IMG/VR virus record: IMGVR_UViG_3300005512_000009
Coordinates: 29,543-93,542 of that record
Strand: one strand, 5' to 3'
Length of the DNA stretch: 64,000 bases
Source of the DNA: a virus
Taxonomy: Duplodnaviria; Caudoviricetes
Below, one piece after another: positions 36,101 to 45,154 of this stretch (positions are counted from its first letter, which is position 1; each line of letters starts with the position of its first letter). The notes under the pieces are model-generated. The model saw nothing but the letters and a program-made list of their open reading frames with translations, did no database searches and had not been told where the DNA came from. A program made the position numbers and the translations under genes.

Positions 36101-38290
36101 AAACAAAATGCAGGATATAATACGGATATCAATGTTCAAGAAACTACGGTTGTAACAGGTAGTTATCCAGTATATTTAGGTGGCATTGAAGGTGCAGTTG
36201 CAACAATAACAGCACAAGATGATGATCAATGGCAAGCATATCTAACAAAATCATCAGATGAACGATATGCTGGGACAACATATTCATATCAATATGCAGT
36301 ATTGAGCGGATCACAGTATATTACAGGATCGACACCTACATGGATGTCGCAGGCAGTATTCTTGCCGATAACTGGCGCAACGTTGTCAGAAACAAGAGAA
36401 AGTCTTAGTTATGTTGAATACCGCAAATCATTGTATAATGAAACTGCAGTTTTAACAACGACGTCATCTGTAGCTGATTCTGGGTCTGATGTAGTATTTG
36501 AAGGTGTTGCACATACAGGTTCTAATTCTACCACATTTACATTTTCAAGTAGTTCTATTGATATAATAGATACGTGGTATCATGATTATGATGCTCCAGA
36601 GTCTGGAAGTGGTGCGTATCTGTTAACTGCCCCAGTTACTGATGCTATTATATTAGGTTCAAATAACGTAAGTGGATTCAGCATAGTCAATGCTCCAGGA
36701 CCATCACATCTCTTTGAAATTACGTTACCTACATCAGGTGATAGTGTGAGTTCAGAAACTGTCGATATATATGAATTAATTAATAGTGGTTCGGGACACC
36801 CTACCGCTAGTGGCGGATCAACACTTTGGGGCGATTTATATGAAGGATTGAAACGTTGGGAAACGCTACAAGTTGATGCCCTCGGTGGGGGGTATCCTGC
36901 GCCACCATGGTTACCATTGAGATTACTCCCAGAAGGAAATGATTCGCAAATTTCTTCTGTTACAGCATCTTTATTTATAGGAACTGCAAGCCTCGGTCCG
37001 CCAGTTATATTCTCAACTGGGTCTATACCGGTTTGGACTGGTCAAGCTGCTTTTACAGGAGGAGGAGGTGCATCGTATAACTCAACGCCAATCGATATGC
37101 TGTTAACAAATGATTTGACCACCGGTAGTTTGTTAGAGGCTTTAGAACGAAGTGGAAGTTACAGCGGCGCCGATGCAGTTGTTGCACGTTGGAAATTCGA
37201 ATTTGCAGCAGACTCGGGGTCGGTGTTCAATAACGACACATTTGCTCTTGTAACACTTAATGATTCTGCAGCTTCGCCACCTAATGGGCATATCAATTTT
37301 GCAGCAAGTGCTAGTTTGAGTTATCAGACTATAGCATCAACAGCTGTTACTTCTTCTGCAGAATTATATCCATATGCAGAATGGTATTTCAGTAGTGGGT
37401 CTGTGTTTGACACTAGACTGTCTGATTTAGAATATGCTACAGCAGGAGCCGAGGCGGCGGCATTACAAGTCGCTTTGTTTGCATCTGCATCAGTGTTACA
37501 ATTGAGTTTATCAAGTAGCATATCAGCATCAATAGCTGCTACATATAGTTCAAGTTTCAATGAATATACAGGTATTCAAATAGAATGGGAAAAATGGTTT
37601 ATTACCGGTAGTGAAATTCAAGACCTAACCGGAGACGAGGGAGACCCGGACCTGGTTATCACGGCGCCGCAGACAGGTAGCGATTATATTATTACTATTG
37701 ATGGAAATGCAGTGACTACATATCGTACAGGAAGTCTACTATGGCAGCGTGTTGGTTATGGGGATGACCCGACTTTAACACCTGGAATAAGTGCATCGTA
37801 TGGTTTAGAAACCGGAGCAGATGGTGTTATTATCGGGGATTTACAAGCATTTGTAGATGACGGTGACATCATAGAATTCGGTATTCAGCCTCGGATTATT
37901 ACTAATGTATATGAAGCAAATGCTCTTGTAGCAAAAGCACGTGTTAAAAATATAAACATATTCTTTTCATATACATCTTCTTTTACATACGGGGACACCC
38001 CAATTGGGTATATTGTTGTCTCTGGGTCAGACATATTAACTACCGATGTAAATGGCAATCCAGTAAGAGGTATTGATATTAACGGACCAGCACAATTTCA
38101 AGACTTTATCGGCACTGGAGCAGAAAATTCATTCTATAATGGAAGCAAAATGACTTCTAGAGGATTTAATATTGAAAGTCTAGACACAATAGATGGTGGG
38201 CCAGTAGTTGAAACTAGAACAGCAAATCCAAATCAATTGATATATCAATCTCCAGGAGAAAATGGTAGTTTTACAATATCAGGACAATAA
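33104..38290 (+). CDS. large baseplate/tail structural protein (1728 aa; gp7-like wedge motif, LamG-like region)
   Basis: LLKSKGTKRSVKALLSCYG wedge-type motif; EGQLQELRLW; S/T/G-rich beta regions. Confidence 0.75.
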   Translation: MLSQYKNIDKILSSTKATQGQRFSDKEIELLSSPALKYAWKNNILKSSAKDNGIEFHVYSGDTWITGNHRIDLQPKNQTTYTDPESNVDYRLPAVPWQINLFNEFNNLNIQKGEYRIAVNFFTNLIGSYESQKLKIDEISPDRTELRLRAIDPDDSEFLEQITNYIQSVGNAVTRLTSTESYRTLLVNFSRNQTALFTNSVVIGEYVYVKLYEPLADDIEKDFKCWIVEEQRPTYIDRVILETFGLGITEPTRKLAGPNWDASDRASTSTDTGLKNWNDILGSSVSTSQQLVDSIFSGSLSGIDLNIDYSDFNNFVFYSSATERVKNFKYKIGLIEYYDSQLNTLGSISGSTAVTNIQEFTNLKNALIGGFDEFEKYLYFESSSTPFTYDLPLADPNVSYLTGSYIDPWPKTTTSRPHTLYSSTSSIAQEWYSTLLDNADIYDRANYNSLINGVPLYLRTNPDNEGLETFIHMLGQHYDIIYTYIRNVSKIYSRDEHPKYGVPNELLYSVAKQFGWSLTDGNQYKDLWEYVLGTNEAGIPITGSNTVGDASLPGKDMTYHVWRRIVNNLPGLLKSKGTKRSVKALLSCYGIPQSMISINEYGGPRIERPPVYEKLNFDYALDLIQNAAGTVTVDYDQPINSVELRFRTDNVLTNPALPSTMNLFSVDSNDVTLDFTRGTLGTIQINGTSSADIEMFDGGWLNVLLRSGSNASLEVVAKKSKYGKIVAAVSASATASFASTGTVTLGGNSGGARLEGQLQELRLWSSSLQDSPFNNHTKAPAAYDGNVDAYDELVFRLPLTEKTNHTTAVTMSGVEPNLSGISASFASWTNAEPYDSIEETYYYDGISLAAGTFDDNKIRLEDNELVGTLDVKSRAERSQFDKAPLDSNRLGVYFSPQTMIDEDIIAQLGFTELDSYIGDPGQQYERSYPDLIEAAQSYWKKYETKNDLNAYIKIFTLFDLSFFKQLDQLLPARADKITGLLIQPNILERNKDSFLPRVNKQNAGYNTDINVQETTVVTGSYPVYLGGIEGAVATITAQDDDQWQAYLTKSSDERYAGTTYSYQYAVLSGSQYITGSTPTWMSQAVFLPITGATLSETRESLSYVEYRKSLYNETAVLTTTSSVADSGSDVVFEGVAHTGSNSTTFTFSSSSIDIIDTWYHDYDAPESGSGAYLLTAPVTDAIILGSNNVSGFSIVNAPGPSHLFEITLPTSGDSVSSETVDIYELINSGSGHPTASGGSTLWGDLYEGLKRWETLQVDALGGGYPAPPWLPLRLLPEGNDSQISSVTASLFIGTASLGPPVIFSTGSIPVWTGQAAFTGGGGASYNSTPIDMLLTNDLTTGSLLEALERSGSYSGADAVVARWKFEFAADSGSVFNNDTFALVTLNDSAASPPNGHINFAASASLSYQTIASTAVTSSAELYPYAEWYFSSGSVFDTRLSDLEYATAGAEAAALQVALFASASVLQLSLSSSISASIAATYSSSFNEYTGIQIEWEKWFITGSEIQDLTGDEGDPDLVITAPQTGSDYIITIDGNAVTTYRTGSLLWQRVGYGDDPTLTPGISASYGLETGADGVIIGDLQAFVDDGDIIEFGIQPRIITNVYEANALVAKARVKNINIFFSYTSSFTYGDTPIGYIVVSGSDILTTDVNGNPVRGIDINGPAQFQDFIGTGAENSFYNGSKMTSRGFNIESLDTIDGGPVVETRTANPNQLIYQSPGENGSFTISGQ

Positions 38291-38343
38291 TCGTTATTTT
38301 TTACAATGAAAATATTTATATGAAATAAAAGGCGAATAAAGCA

Positions 38344-38994
38344 ATGGGATATTTAAATAACAGTACAGTAACAGTAGATGCAATTCTTACTAAAAAGGGT
38401 AGAGAATTACTTGCAAAAGGTCGTAACAATTTTAATATTACTCAATTTGCATTAGCAGATGATGAAATTGATTATGATTTGTGGAATCCAGATCATCCGC
38501 TTGGTACAGAATATTACGGCACAATCATTGAAAATATGCCTATAGTAGAAGCTATACCAGACGAAACGCAAATGTTGAAATATAAACTTATTACACTTCC
38601 GAAGAAAACTACAAAAATACCTGTAGTTAATGTAGGTAATACATCAATTACTTTAAGTGCAGAGGGGGATGTTGCAGTAATTAGTCCAAATACATCTAAC
38701 TTTACTGGTGGAAATGCTACATTAGGATATACAGCAATTCTTTCAAATTCAGACGTAGCTGATCTTAGAGTAGCTCCAGGAGGTGATATTCAAACATCAG
38801 TCTTACCAACAGCACCTCGTTTTATCGGCGATAATGAAGATGCACAAAGTGTTGCAGTAACTGGTAGAACATTTGAAGTGATTGCAAAACGACAAGTAAC
38901 GGATCAAACTGCTACAATTACTATTATAGGTAATGAAACGGGTGGTAGCACAACTATCAATTTAACAGTTAAAGCAGCAACCGTTAACACATAA
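38344..38994 (+). CDS. tail/baseplate structural protein
   Basis: VDAILTKKGRELLA...ITQFALADDEIDY (tail-collar-like N-terminus). Confidence 0.75.
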   Translation: MGYLNNSTVTVDAILTKKGRELLAKGRNNFNITQFALADDEIDYDLWNPDHPLGTEYYGTIIENMPIVEAIPDETQMLKYKLITLPKKTTKIPVVNVGNTSITLSAEGDVAVISPNTSNFTGGNATLGYTAILSNSDVADLRVAPGGDIQTSVLPTAPRFIGDNEDAQSVAVTGRTFEVIAKRQVTDQTATITIIGNETGGSTTINLTVKAATVNT

Positions 38995-39003
38995 GGATTT
39001 GAA

Positions 39004-40305
39004 ATGAATATACAACAATTAAAACAATTACCTAAAGTAAGTCAAAGAAGAACATTTGGAGAATCTATATTGCCTACAGATGGCTTATCGGATAATGTAT
39101 CTGCAACGGCTCAATTGACACGAGCAGATGTAATTAATACTAATGCTGCATTACAATCACAAATCAATGCAATAGCTGAACAGCGAGCTCAAGAGATTAT
39201 CAGAGAACAACAACAAGCTCAAATCCTTGCAAGAAATGGTCGTACTTTTACTAAATTTGATAGAGCAAATGATGTAATAGATAACCAAACAGAAGTTGTT
39301 ACAGCTGGGTTATGGAGTGATGGTTTAGCTTCATTAACAACACATCATACCGGTTCTGCACAAACAACGTCACAACGTAGATATTATGTTGATGTTTATC
39401 AGAAAGATACTTCATTAACTGGTTCAGCAACTCAATATTCAATAGCATATGGTCATGCATTAGGTAGTGGATCTGATTCGCAAGGACAACTTAATGATTC
39501 ACCAAGCCGAGCAGTATATTCGCAATATAAACAACTATTATTAGAAACTACAGACACGAGATTTACTGTCAATGGCACAGACACAGATTCTATTTATGTA
39601 ATTAACTTTAGTAGATCAAGAACAAAAGAAAAATTAGATCCAGGAAATTTCGAATTGCCGTTAGCTGAAGTTGATTCACGCGCTACAAATGCTACTGGTT
39701 CAGTAACTATAAGTAGTTCAAATAAAGTATTCACACTTATTGATGATTCGGGAAATAGTGGTGCACCAACTGTTGGTTCAGCTGGTAGAGTATATAATAT
39801 CGTTTCTGGGTCAATCAATGACGGAATATATAATCCAACATCACCAACATATTATGGTCTTGTTTATCCAGATTATGGTGTAATGGTATTGAATGCTAAA
39901 ACATTAGATGCTAATTTAGGATTTACAACTAATACTGGTTCGAGTTCAGAAGGAAATAACCATTTTGCGATGTTTCATTCAATTTCTGGCTCAGGGGCAA
40001 TTACAAACCCAGCTACTTCAGACCCATATGGATTCTTAGCAAGAAATGCTGAAACTATTACAAGTACACATTATTTTGTAAGAATTAAAAATGCTGAATA
40101 TAACTTTTCAAATAATCCATCATTTACAACAGGTAGTATAGGTGAATTCCGCCAATCAACATTTATCGGAGACCCAAAAACATATATTACTACAGTAGGA
40201 TTATATAATGATTCAAGAGAATTATTAGCAGTAGCAAAATTATCTCAACCATTATTGAAATCATTTAAGAATGAAGCACTTATCAGAGTAAAACTTGATT
40301 TTTAA
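39004..40305 (+). CDS. tail/baseplate structural protein
   Basis: C-terminal ITTVGLYND..ELLAVAKLSQPLLK...LDF. Confidence 0.75.
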   Translation: MNIQQLKQLPKVSQRRTFGESILPTDGLSDNVSATAQLTRADVINTNAALQSQINAIAEQRAQEIIREQQQAQILARNGRTFTKFDRANDVIDNQTEVVTAGLWSDGLASLTTHHTGSAQTTSQRRYYVDVYQKDTSLTGSATQYSIAYGHALGSGSDSQGQLNDSPSRAVYSQYKQLLLETTDTRFTVNGTDTDSIYVINFSRSRTKEKLDPGNFELPLAEVDSRATNATGSVTISSSNKVFTLIDDSGNSGAPTVGSAGRVYNIVSGSINDGIYNPTSPTYYGLVYPDYGVMVLNAKTLDANLGFTTNTGSSSEGNNHFAMFHSISGSGAITNPATSDPYGFLARNAETITSTHYFVRIKNAEYNFSNNPSFTTGSIGEFRQSTFIGDPKTYITTVGLYNDSRELLAVAKLSQPLLKSFKNEALIRVKLDF

Positions 40306-40327
40306 TTTAACACATAACTGAATTGAG

Positions 40328-40363
40328 GCCCTTTATATTTATAATAAATGTAAAGGGCTTTTT
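40328..40363 (+). terminator. Terminator hairpin containing a late-promoter motif
   Basis: GCCCTTTATATTTAT/ATAAATGTAAAGGGC plus TTTTT; ATATTTAT at 40335. Confidence 0.7.
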
Positions 40364-40371
40364 ACTGAATA

Positions 40372-41940
40372 ATGGCAACAAGAAGATCAAATACTAAAGG
40401 CCGGAGAGAAGATAAGTATAAAGGAAATTATCCTTCTGTATTTAAAAAGGTTGAACAATCAGATTTTAAAAAACAACAGTTTGTTACAAATAAATTATTT
40501 TTGTTTAATTCTGGAAGCTCTACTGGTAGTGCGTTACCATTAGAAGCAAGATATACCGATCGTAATTTTCTTCCTGCTTTAGGATCTGAGTTAACATACA
40601 ATGATGCTGCAAATATTGATGGTTCATTACAAAGTGTTACATATTTTTCTATAGATCATTTGTATTATCGCAAAAAAGATCAACCCAGTAAAACTTTTGG
40701 TCCTACTGATTTAACACGTACAAAAAAACATTTATATGAATCTGCATCAGTATTTGTAATACCACAACTTAAAATTGGTGAAGGTATTAAGCCGGCATCA
40801 TTTCAATTCACTGGGTCAGGATTAAATTTATCAGCTGATCGATATAGCAATATAATTGATGATGGGTTTGATTCGTCTTCAATTGTTTCAGATGTAAAAT
40901 TTTATGAAGGATTCAATGAATATTTTGATACTTCAAGAATTAAATATGAAATAGAAACGGGTGTTACTTATCTTGCAGGAATTCCTACTACAGATGGTGA
41001 TACTGCAGCCATCGGCCGCCGTGCACATTTTGAAGGCGCCGGACATATTCAAAGTGCGTTACCTGGTTATTATGATAGACAACATGATTATGCAATATCA
41101 TTTTTCGTATCAGGTTCTAACATTGACAGTAACAATCAAATTGTTATTGCAAAACAATCTGGTTCGGTTGATAAATACCCATTCAGTATACAATTAAGTG
41201 GTAGTAATGAAATAGAGTTTAAAGTATCTTCTGATTCTTCTCTTAATACTACGTTGTCAGCAACTAGCAGTGTAGACGAATGGACTCACATAGTTTGTCA
41301 AAAATCAGGAAGTGAAATACAAATTTGGATGAATGCTGGATTACATGTTTCGTCATCTCATGATTTCTTGTTATATGGCGTTAATACATTATATACAGCA
41401 TCAGGACGAATCAATAATGATTATCCGGTAAACATTGGTGGTCTTAGCCCCAATACATCAAATCTTACAGGTGATCTAGATGAAATAAGAATCTTTAATA
41501 AGTCACTAACTGAGTCGGAGATAAGTGCGTTATCGGACCGTACGGAGAACGGAACATTTTTGCAAACAAATCATGTAGGAAATGTGTTTGATAAACATGG
41601 AACAATTGTTATTTCTAGTCCACATTATAAATACGATGATTTAACTGCGGCTCCATTTACATCAAGTTATCGAAGTACGGTAACAACAACGGAATATTCT
41701 ACATTGGTAAGAATAAGTAAAGATGATTTTAATTTAACACTCAATCCATCAACTCTGCAAGATAATGGCGTTGATTATGATACATATGTTTCAAGCAGCG
41801 ATTTTGCACCATACATAACAACAATTGGATTGTATAATGAATCAGGACAACTTCTAGTTACAGGCAAATTAGCTTCGCCGGTACGTAAACGAGATGATGT
41901 TGATATGAATATTTTATTAAGATTTGATGCTGACGTATGA
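40372..41940 (+). CDS. LamG/concanavalin-like domain structural protein
   Basis: WTHIV...GDLDEIRIFNKSL...EI; C-terminus paralogous to 39004 (ITTIGLYN..GQLLV.GKL). Confidence 0.8.
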   Translation: MATRRSNTKGRREDKYKGNYPSVFKKVEQSDFKKQQFVTNKLFLFNSGSSTGSALPLEARYTDRNFLPALGSELTYNDAANIDGSLQSVTYFSIDHLYYRKKDQPSKTFGPTDLTRTKKHLYESASVFVIPQLKIGEGIKPASFQFTGSGLNLSADRYSNIIDDGFDSSSIVSDVKFYEGFNEYFDTSRIKYEIETGVTYLAGIPTTDGDTAAIGRRAHFEGAGHIQSALPGYYDRQHDYAISFFVSGSNIDSNNQIVIAKQSGSVDKYPFSIQLSGSNEIEFKVSSDSSLNTTLSATSSVDEWTHIVCQKSGSEIQIWMNAGLHVSSSHDFLLYGVNTLYTASGRINNDYPVNIGGLSPNTSNLTGDLDEIRIFNKSLTESEISALSDRTENGTFLQTNHVGNVFDKHGTIVISSPHYKYDDLTAAPFTSSYRSTVTTTEYSTLVRISKDDFNLTLNPSTLQDNGVDYDTYVSSSDFAPYITTIGLYNESGQLLVTGKLASPVRKRDDVDMNILLRFDADV

Positions 41941-42485
41941 TACGACTTAAAACAATATTAGAACAAGCTTCACGAGAAGAACAAGTTGATTCTTTGTTAG
42001 ACAAAATTAAAAACAAACAGTTTGAAAGAATCGGCGCTGGCGATAACGGCATTGTATATGCAATTCAAGGAACTGATTATGTGTTTAAAATTACTAGAGA
42101 GCGTGATGAATTTGAAGTTGCATCAGTAATCGTAGGACGAGAATCTGAATTTACATGTTTCGTTCCGGTAGTGTATGTAAATGATTCTGAGAAAATGTAT
42201 ATCATGCGAAATGCAGATCCATTACCCTCACAATATAAAACTGCTATTGATAATTTTTATGCTCGATATACTAAATTTGCATTAGATATGCAAGGCGAGG
42301 TTAGCATATTTGATTATTTGGATGCAGAAGGTTCTCGAGAAACAGAAAAACCGTTAGTTGATTTCTTGAGACGATTACAACAACAAGTAGAACGAACCGG
42401 TATTGCAGAATTTGATTTAGATTTAGACTTTAAATCAGACAACGTAATGATGTATCAATCGAAAATGGTGTTAGTTGATTGGTAA
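41937..42485 (+). CDS. protein-kinase-like enzyme with leader MIRLKTILE
   Basis: Gly loop IGAGDNGIVY, VFK lysine, catalytic DFKSDN, LVDW (DFG equivalent). Confidence 0.75.
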   Translation: MIRLKTILEQASREEQVDSLLDKIKNKQFERIGAGDNGIVYAIQGTDYVFKITRERDEFEVASVIVGRESEFTCFVPVVYVNDSEKMYIMRNADPLPSQYKTAIDNFYARYTKFALDMQGEVSIFDYLDAEGSRETEKPLVDFLRRLQQQVERTGIAEFDLDLDFKSDNVMMYQSKMVLVDW

Positions 42486-42510
42486 ATATTTATACATATA
42501 GGAGTATACT

Positions 42511-43518
42511 ATGATTAAGTTAACAACACTATTAATAGAACAAAAATATAAATATAAGTGGGTACCATTGCAACAAGCATTGCCGGCAAATGCAGTGAAT
42601 GGTTATCGCTTAAAATATAAAGAACGAGGTGAGGGAGCTTTAGTTGACGAATCTGATTTAAAATATATTTTTAGTGATTCTAGGTTTGCAACAAAATATA
42701 AAAATAAAGATTACGTATTTTACATCTCTGAAGTTAGAGGCACGTCTAAGAAAAAGGTGTATATTGCATATGTTTACAGACGTGATAATCTGCCAGCAAA
42801 TATCAAACTATTTTTTACTCTTGGTATTGGACCTACTTTTACATTGAATGGCGTTCCGGTGTTTTTAAGTAGTCAAGAAAAAGAAGTAGCAGGTAAAGGA
42901 AGTGGAACGGTTACAACTACTACTGATAATAATGGTGAAGAAACAACTGAAGAAGAACGTATAGCAGCTGAAAAAGCCGCTGAAGAGGCAAAGAGAAAGG
43001 CAGAAGCTGAAGCTAAAAAAGCGGGAGAAGAAGCCGAAGAGGATAAAACTGAAGAGGATAAAACTGAAGAGGATGAAACTGAAGAGGATGAAACTGAAAC
43101 AACTGGTACAGTACGAATAACAGCTGGTTATAAAGTACCACCACGTATACAAAAAATTGCAAAAGATATTCATACTGCTGCAAATTATATAGGATTCGGC
43201 GGAACAAACACAGAATTATTTGATTCAGCATTTGATAAAATGGAAACAGTACGAGATGCATTTCTAGTAAATTTAGAACTTGCAAGACTAGAAGGAAAAG
43301 CAGCATATGATTTAGAATATGTAATTAGAGATGAGTTTAGTATATGGAGTGGTGAAGATGAAAGATTACTAAAATTAAGCAGGTTAGTTGGAATTGATGA
43401 TAATGGAGATATAAATCGGCCTGATAAGTCTTTAATGAAAAAAGCTGCTAATCAACATGTGTCTGATCAAAATATTGATATATCAACATTAGGTCGTAGG
43501 AAGCCTGGAGAATATTAA
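42511..43518 (+). CDS. hypothetical late protein with leader MIKLTTLLIE and acidic repeat linker
   Basis: ATATTTAT at 42486; AGGAG SD. Confidence 0.8.
   Translation: MIKLTTLLIEQKYKYKWVPLQQALPANAVNGYRLKYKERGEGALVDESDLKYIFSDSRFATKYKNKDYVFYISEVRGTSKKKVYIAYVYRRDNLPANIKLFFTLGIGPTFTLNGVPVFLSSQEKEVAGKGSGTVTTTTDNNGEETTEEERIAAEKAAEEAKRKAEAEAKKAGEEAEEDKTEEDKTEEDETEEDETETTGTVRITAGYKVPPRIQKIAKDIHTAANYIGFGGTNTELFDSAFDKMETVRDAFLVNLELARLEGKAAYDLEYVIRDEFSIWSGEDERLLKLSRLVGIDDNGDINRPDKSLMKKAANQHVSDQNIDISTLGRRKPGEY
43036..43095 (+). repeat. 4 x 15-bp coding tandem repeat (EED[KE]T)
   Basis: GAAGAGGAT[AG]AAACT four times. Confidence 0.9.
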
Positions 43519-43538
43519 AATATAAAACAAAACAAGTT

Positions 43539-44021
43539 ATGGCAAAAAATCATTGGAACTCGAAATCAAAAACGAGACAGGAAGCATATAAATACGGTTA
43601 TAAATCTGGATTAGAACATAAAGTTGCAGATGCTCTTAAAGAGATTAATTATCCAGTTAATTACGAAACTGAAACACTTCATTATACAGTACCTTCGACA
43701 AAACACAAATATACTCCCGATTTTGTGTTTACTCGTAAAGATGGCGGTACTATGTACGTTGAAACGAAAGGACGTTGGACTACCGCAGATCGTAAAAAAA
43801 TGAAATATGTTTTACAATGCAATCCTGACATTGATATTCGCATAGTATTTCAAAATCCAAATCAAAAAATATCAAAAGGTAGTAAAACATCATATGAGGC
43901 ATATGCTTTGAAGATGGGTATAAAACATGTTGCAAAGAAAATGATTCCTGCAGAATGGTTGGCAGAATGTTGCCAATTGGATGAAATTCCAACCGAAAAG
44001 AAAACTTTTTTTAAATTTTGA
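43539..44021 (+). CDS. T7 endonuclease I-like Holliday-junction resolvase
   Basis: YKSGLE, YTPDF, VETKG, ADRKK, DIRIVF and IPAEWL motifs. Confidence 0.9.
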   Translation: MAKNHWNSKSKTRQEAYKYGYKSGLEHKVADALKEINYPVNYETETLHYTVPSTKHKYTPDFVFTRKDGGTMYVETKGRWTTADRKKMKYVLQCNPDIDIRIVFQNPNQKISKGSKTSYEAYALKMGIKHVAKKMIPAEWLAECCQLDEIPTEKKTFFKF

Positions 44022-44052
44022 TTGGAAGTGTGAAAAAAATTCATTATTTTCT

Positions 44053-44140
44053 AATGTAAGTAATGGCATTTAATTAATTGAATGAATGAAATGTTTAATG
44101 TAATGAATTCGTTAGACCAGGAATGAAATGAATGGGATGA
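44053..44140 (+). repeat. AATG-rich non-coding tract between two class II promoters
   Basis: About 10 AATG in about 85 bp; promoter-like sites at 44022 (TTGGAA-17-TATTTT) and 44178 (TTTGAA-17-TATATT). Confidence 0.7.
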
Positions 44141-44212
44141 CATAAATTAATAATTATTATATTAATAAACCAGATCTTTTGAATCGTTCCGTGTTTTCAT
44201 TATATTATATTA

Positions 44213-45154
44213 ATGAAGAATCTAAAATTATTACAATTACTTGAAACAGTACTAGGTAAAGGTAAGCCAACATCACGAGGCAATATTTCATTCTTCTCTC
44301 CTTTTATCTCACATCATAAACCAAAATTAGAAGTAAGATCAACACCAGATGAAAATGGTGATTATACATGGCATTGTTGGGTTTCTGATAAACGCGGTAA
44401 ATCAATTTATACTTTATTTAAAGCACTAAATCAACCAAAAGAAAAGTTCGAGCATCTTGCAAGAATAATTCAAACAACAAGATATCGGATTGAAAAGCAA
44501 GAAGAACGAGACACTGTATTACAATTACCAGAAGAATATCATCCTTTGTGGGTGTATAAAAAATCATATGAATACAATGCAGCAATGCATTATTTGAAAG
44601 GAAGAGGTGTTACGGTTTTTGATATTATTAAATATAGGATAGGGTATGCAGAAGAAGGACAATATGCAAAACGAATCATTATCCCAAGTTATGATGCTTC
44701 TGGTAGCCTTAATTATTTTGTATCTCGTATTTACCGTGATAGAGAAGGTATGAAACATAAAAATCCTACAGTATCAAAAGATATTATCGGATTTGAAATG
44801 ATGATTAATTGGAGAGAACCAATTGTACTTTGTGAAGGTTCTTTTGATGCAATTGCAATTAAAAGAAATGCAATACCGTTATTTGGGAAACAAATTCAAC
44901 CAGAATTACAAAAAAAAATTATCGAAGAACATGTACAAGACATTTATATTTGTTTGGATGCTGATGCATTAAAAAATGCGTTAGATATTGCTGAACGATT
45001 TATGAATGAAGGATTAAATGTTTACTTCGTAGAACTACAAGATAAAGATGCTTCTGAATTAGGATTTGAAGCAATTACAAAACGTATTTCAGAAACTATG
45101 CAGATGTCATTTGAAGATTTAATGATGATGCGAATGGGAATGTTATGGAAATAA
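44213..45154 (+). CDS. DNA primase (DnaG-type TOPRIM)
   Basis: WHCWV, YLKGRG, RIIIP, LCEGSFDA, LDADA and KDAS motifs. Confidence 0.9.
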   Translation: MKNLKLLQLLETVLGKGKPTSRGNISFFSPFISHHKPKLEVRSTPDENGDYTWHCWVSDKRGKSIYTLFKALNQPKEKFEHLARIIQTTRYRIEKQEERDTVLQLPEEYHPLWVYKKSYEYNAAMHYLKGRGVTVFDIIKYRIGYAEEGQYAKRIIIPSYDASGSLNYFVSRIYRDREGMKHKNPTVSKDIIGFEMMINWREPIVLCEGSFDAIAIKRNAIPLFGKQIQPELQKKIIEEHVQDIYICLDADALKNALDIAERFMNEGLNVYFVELQDKDASELGFEAITKRISETMQMSFEDLMMMRMGMLWK

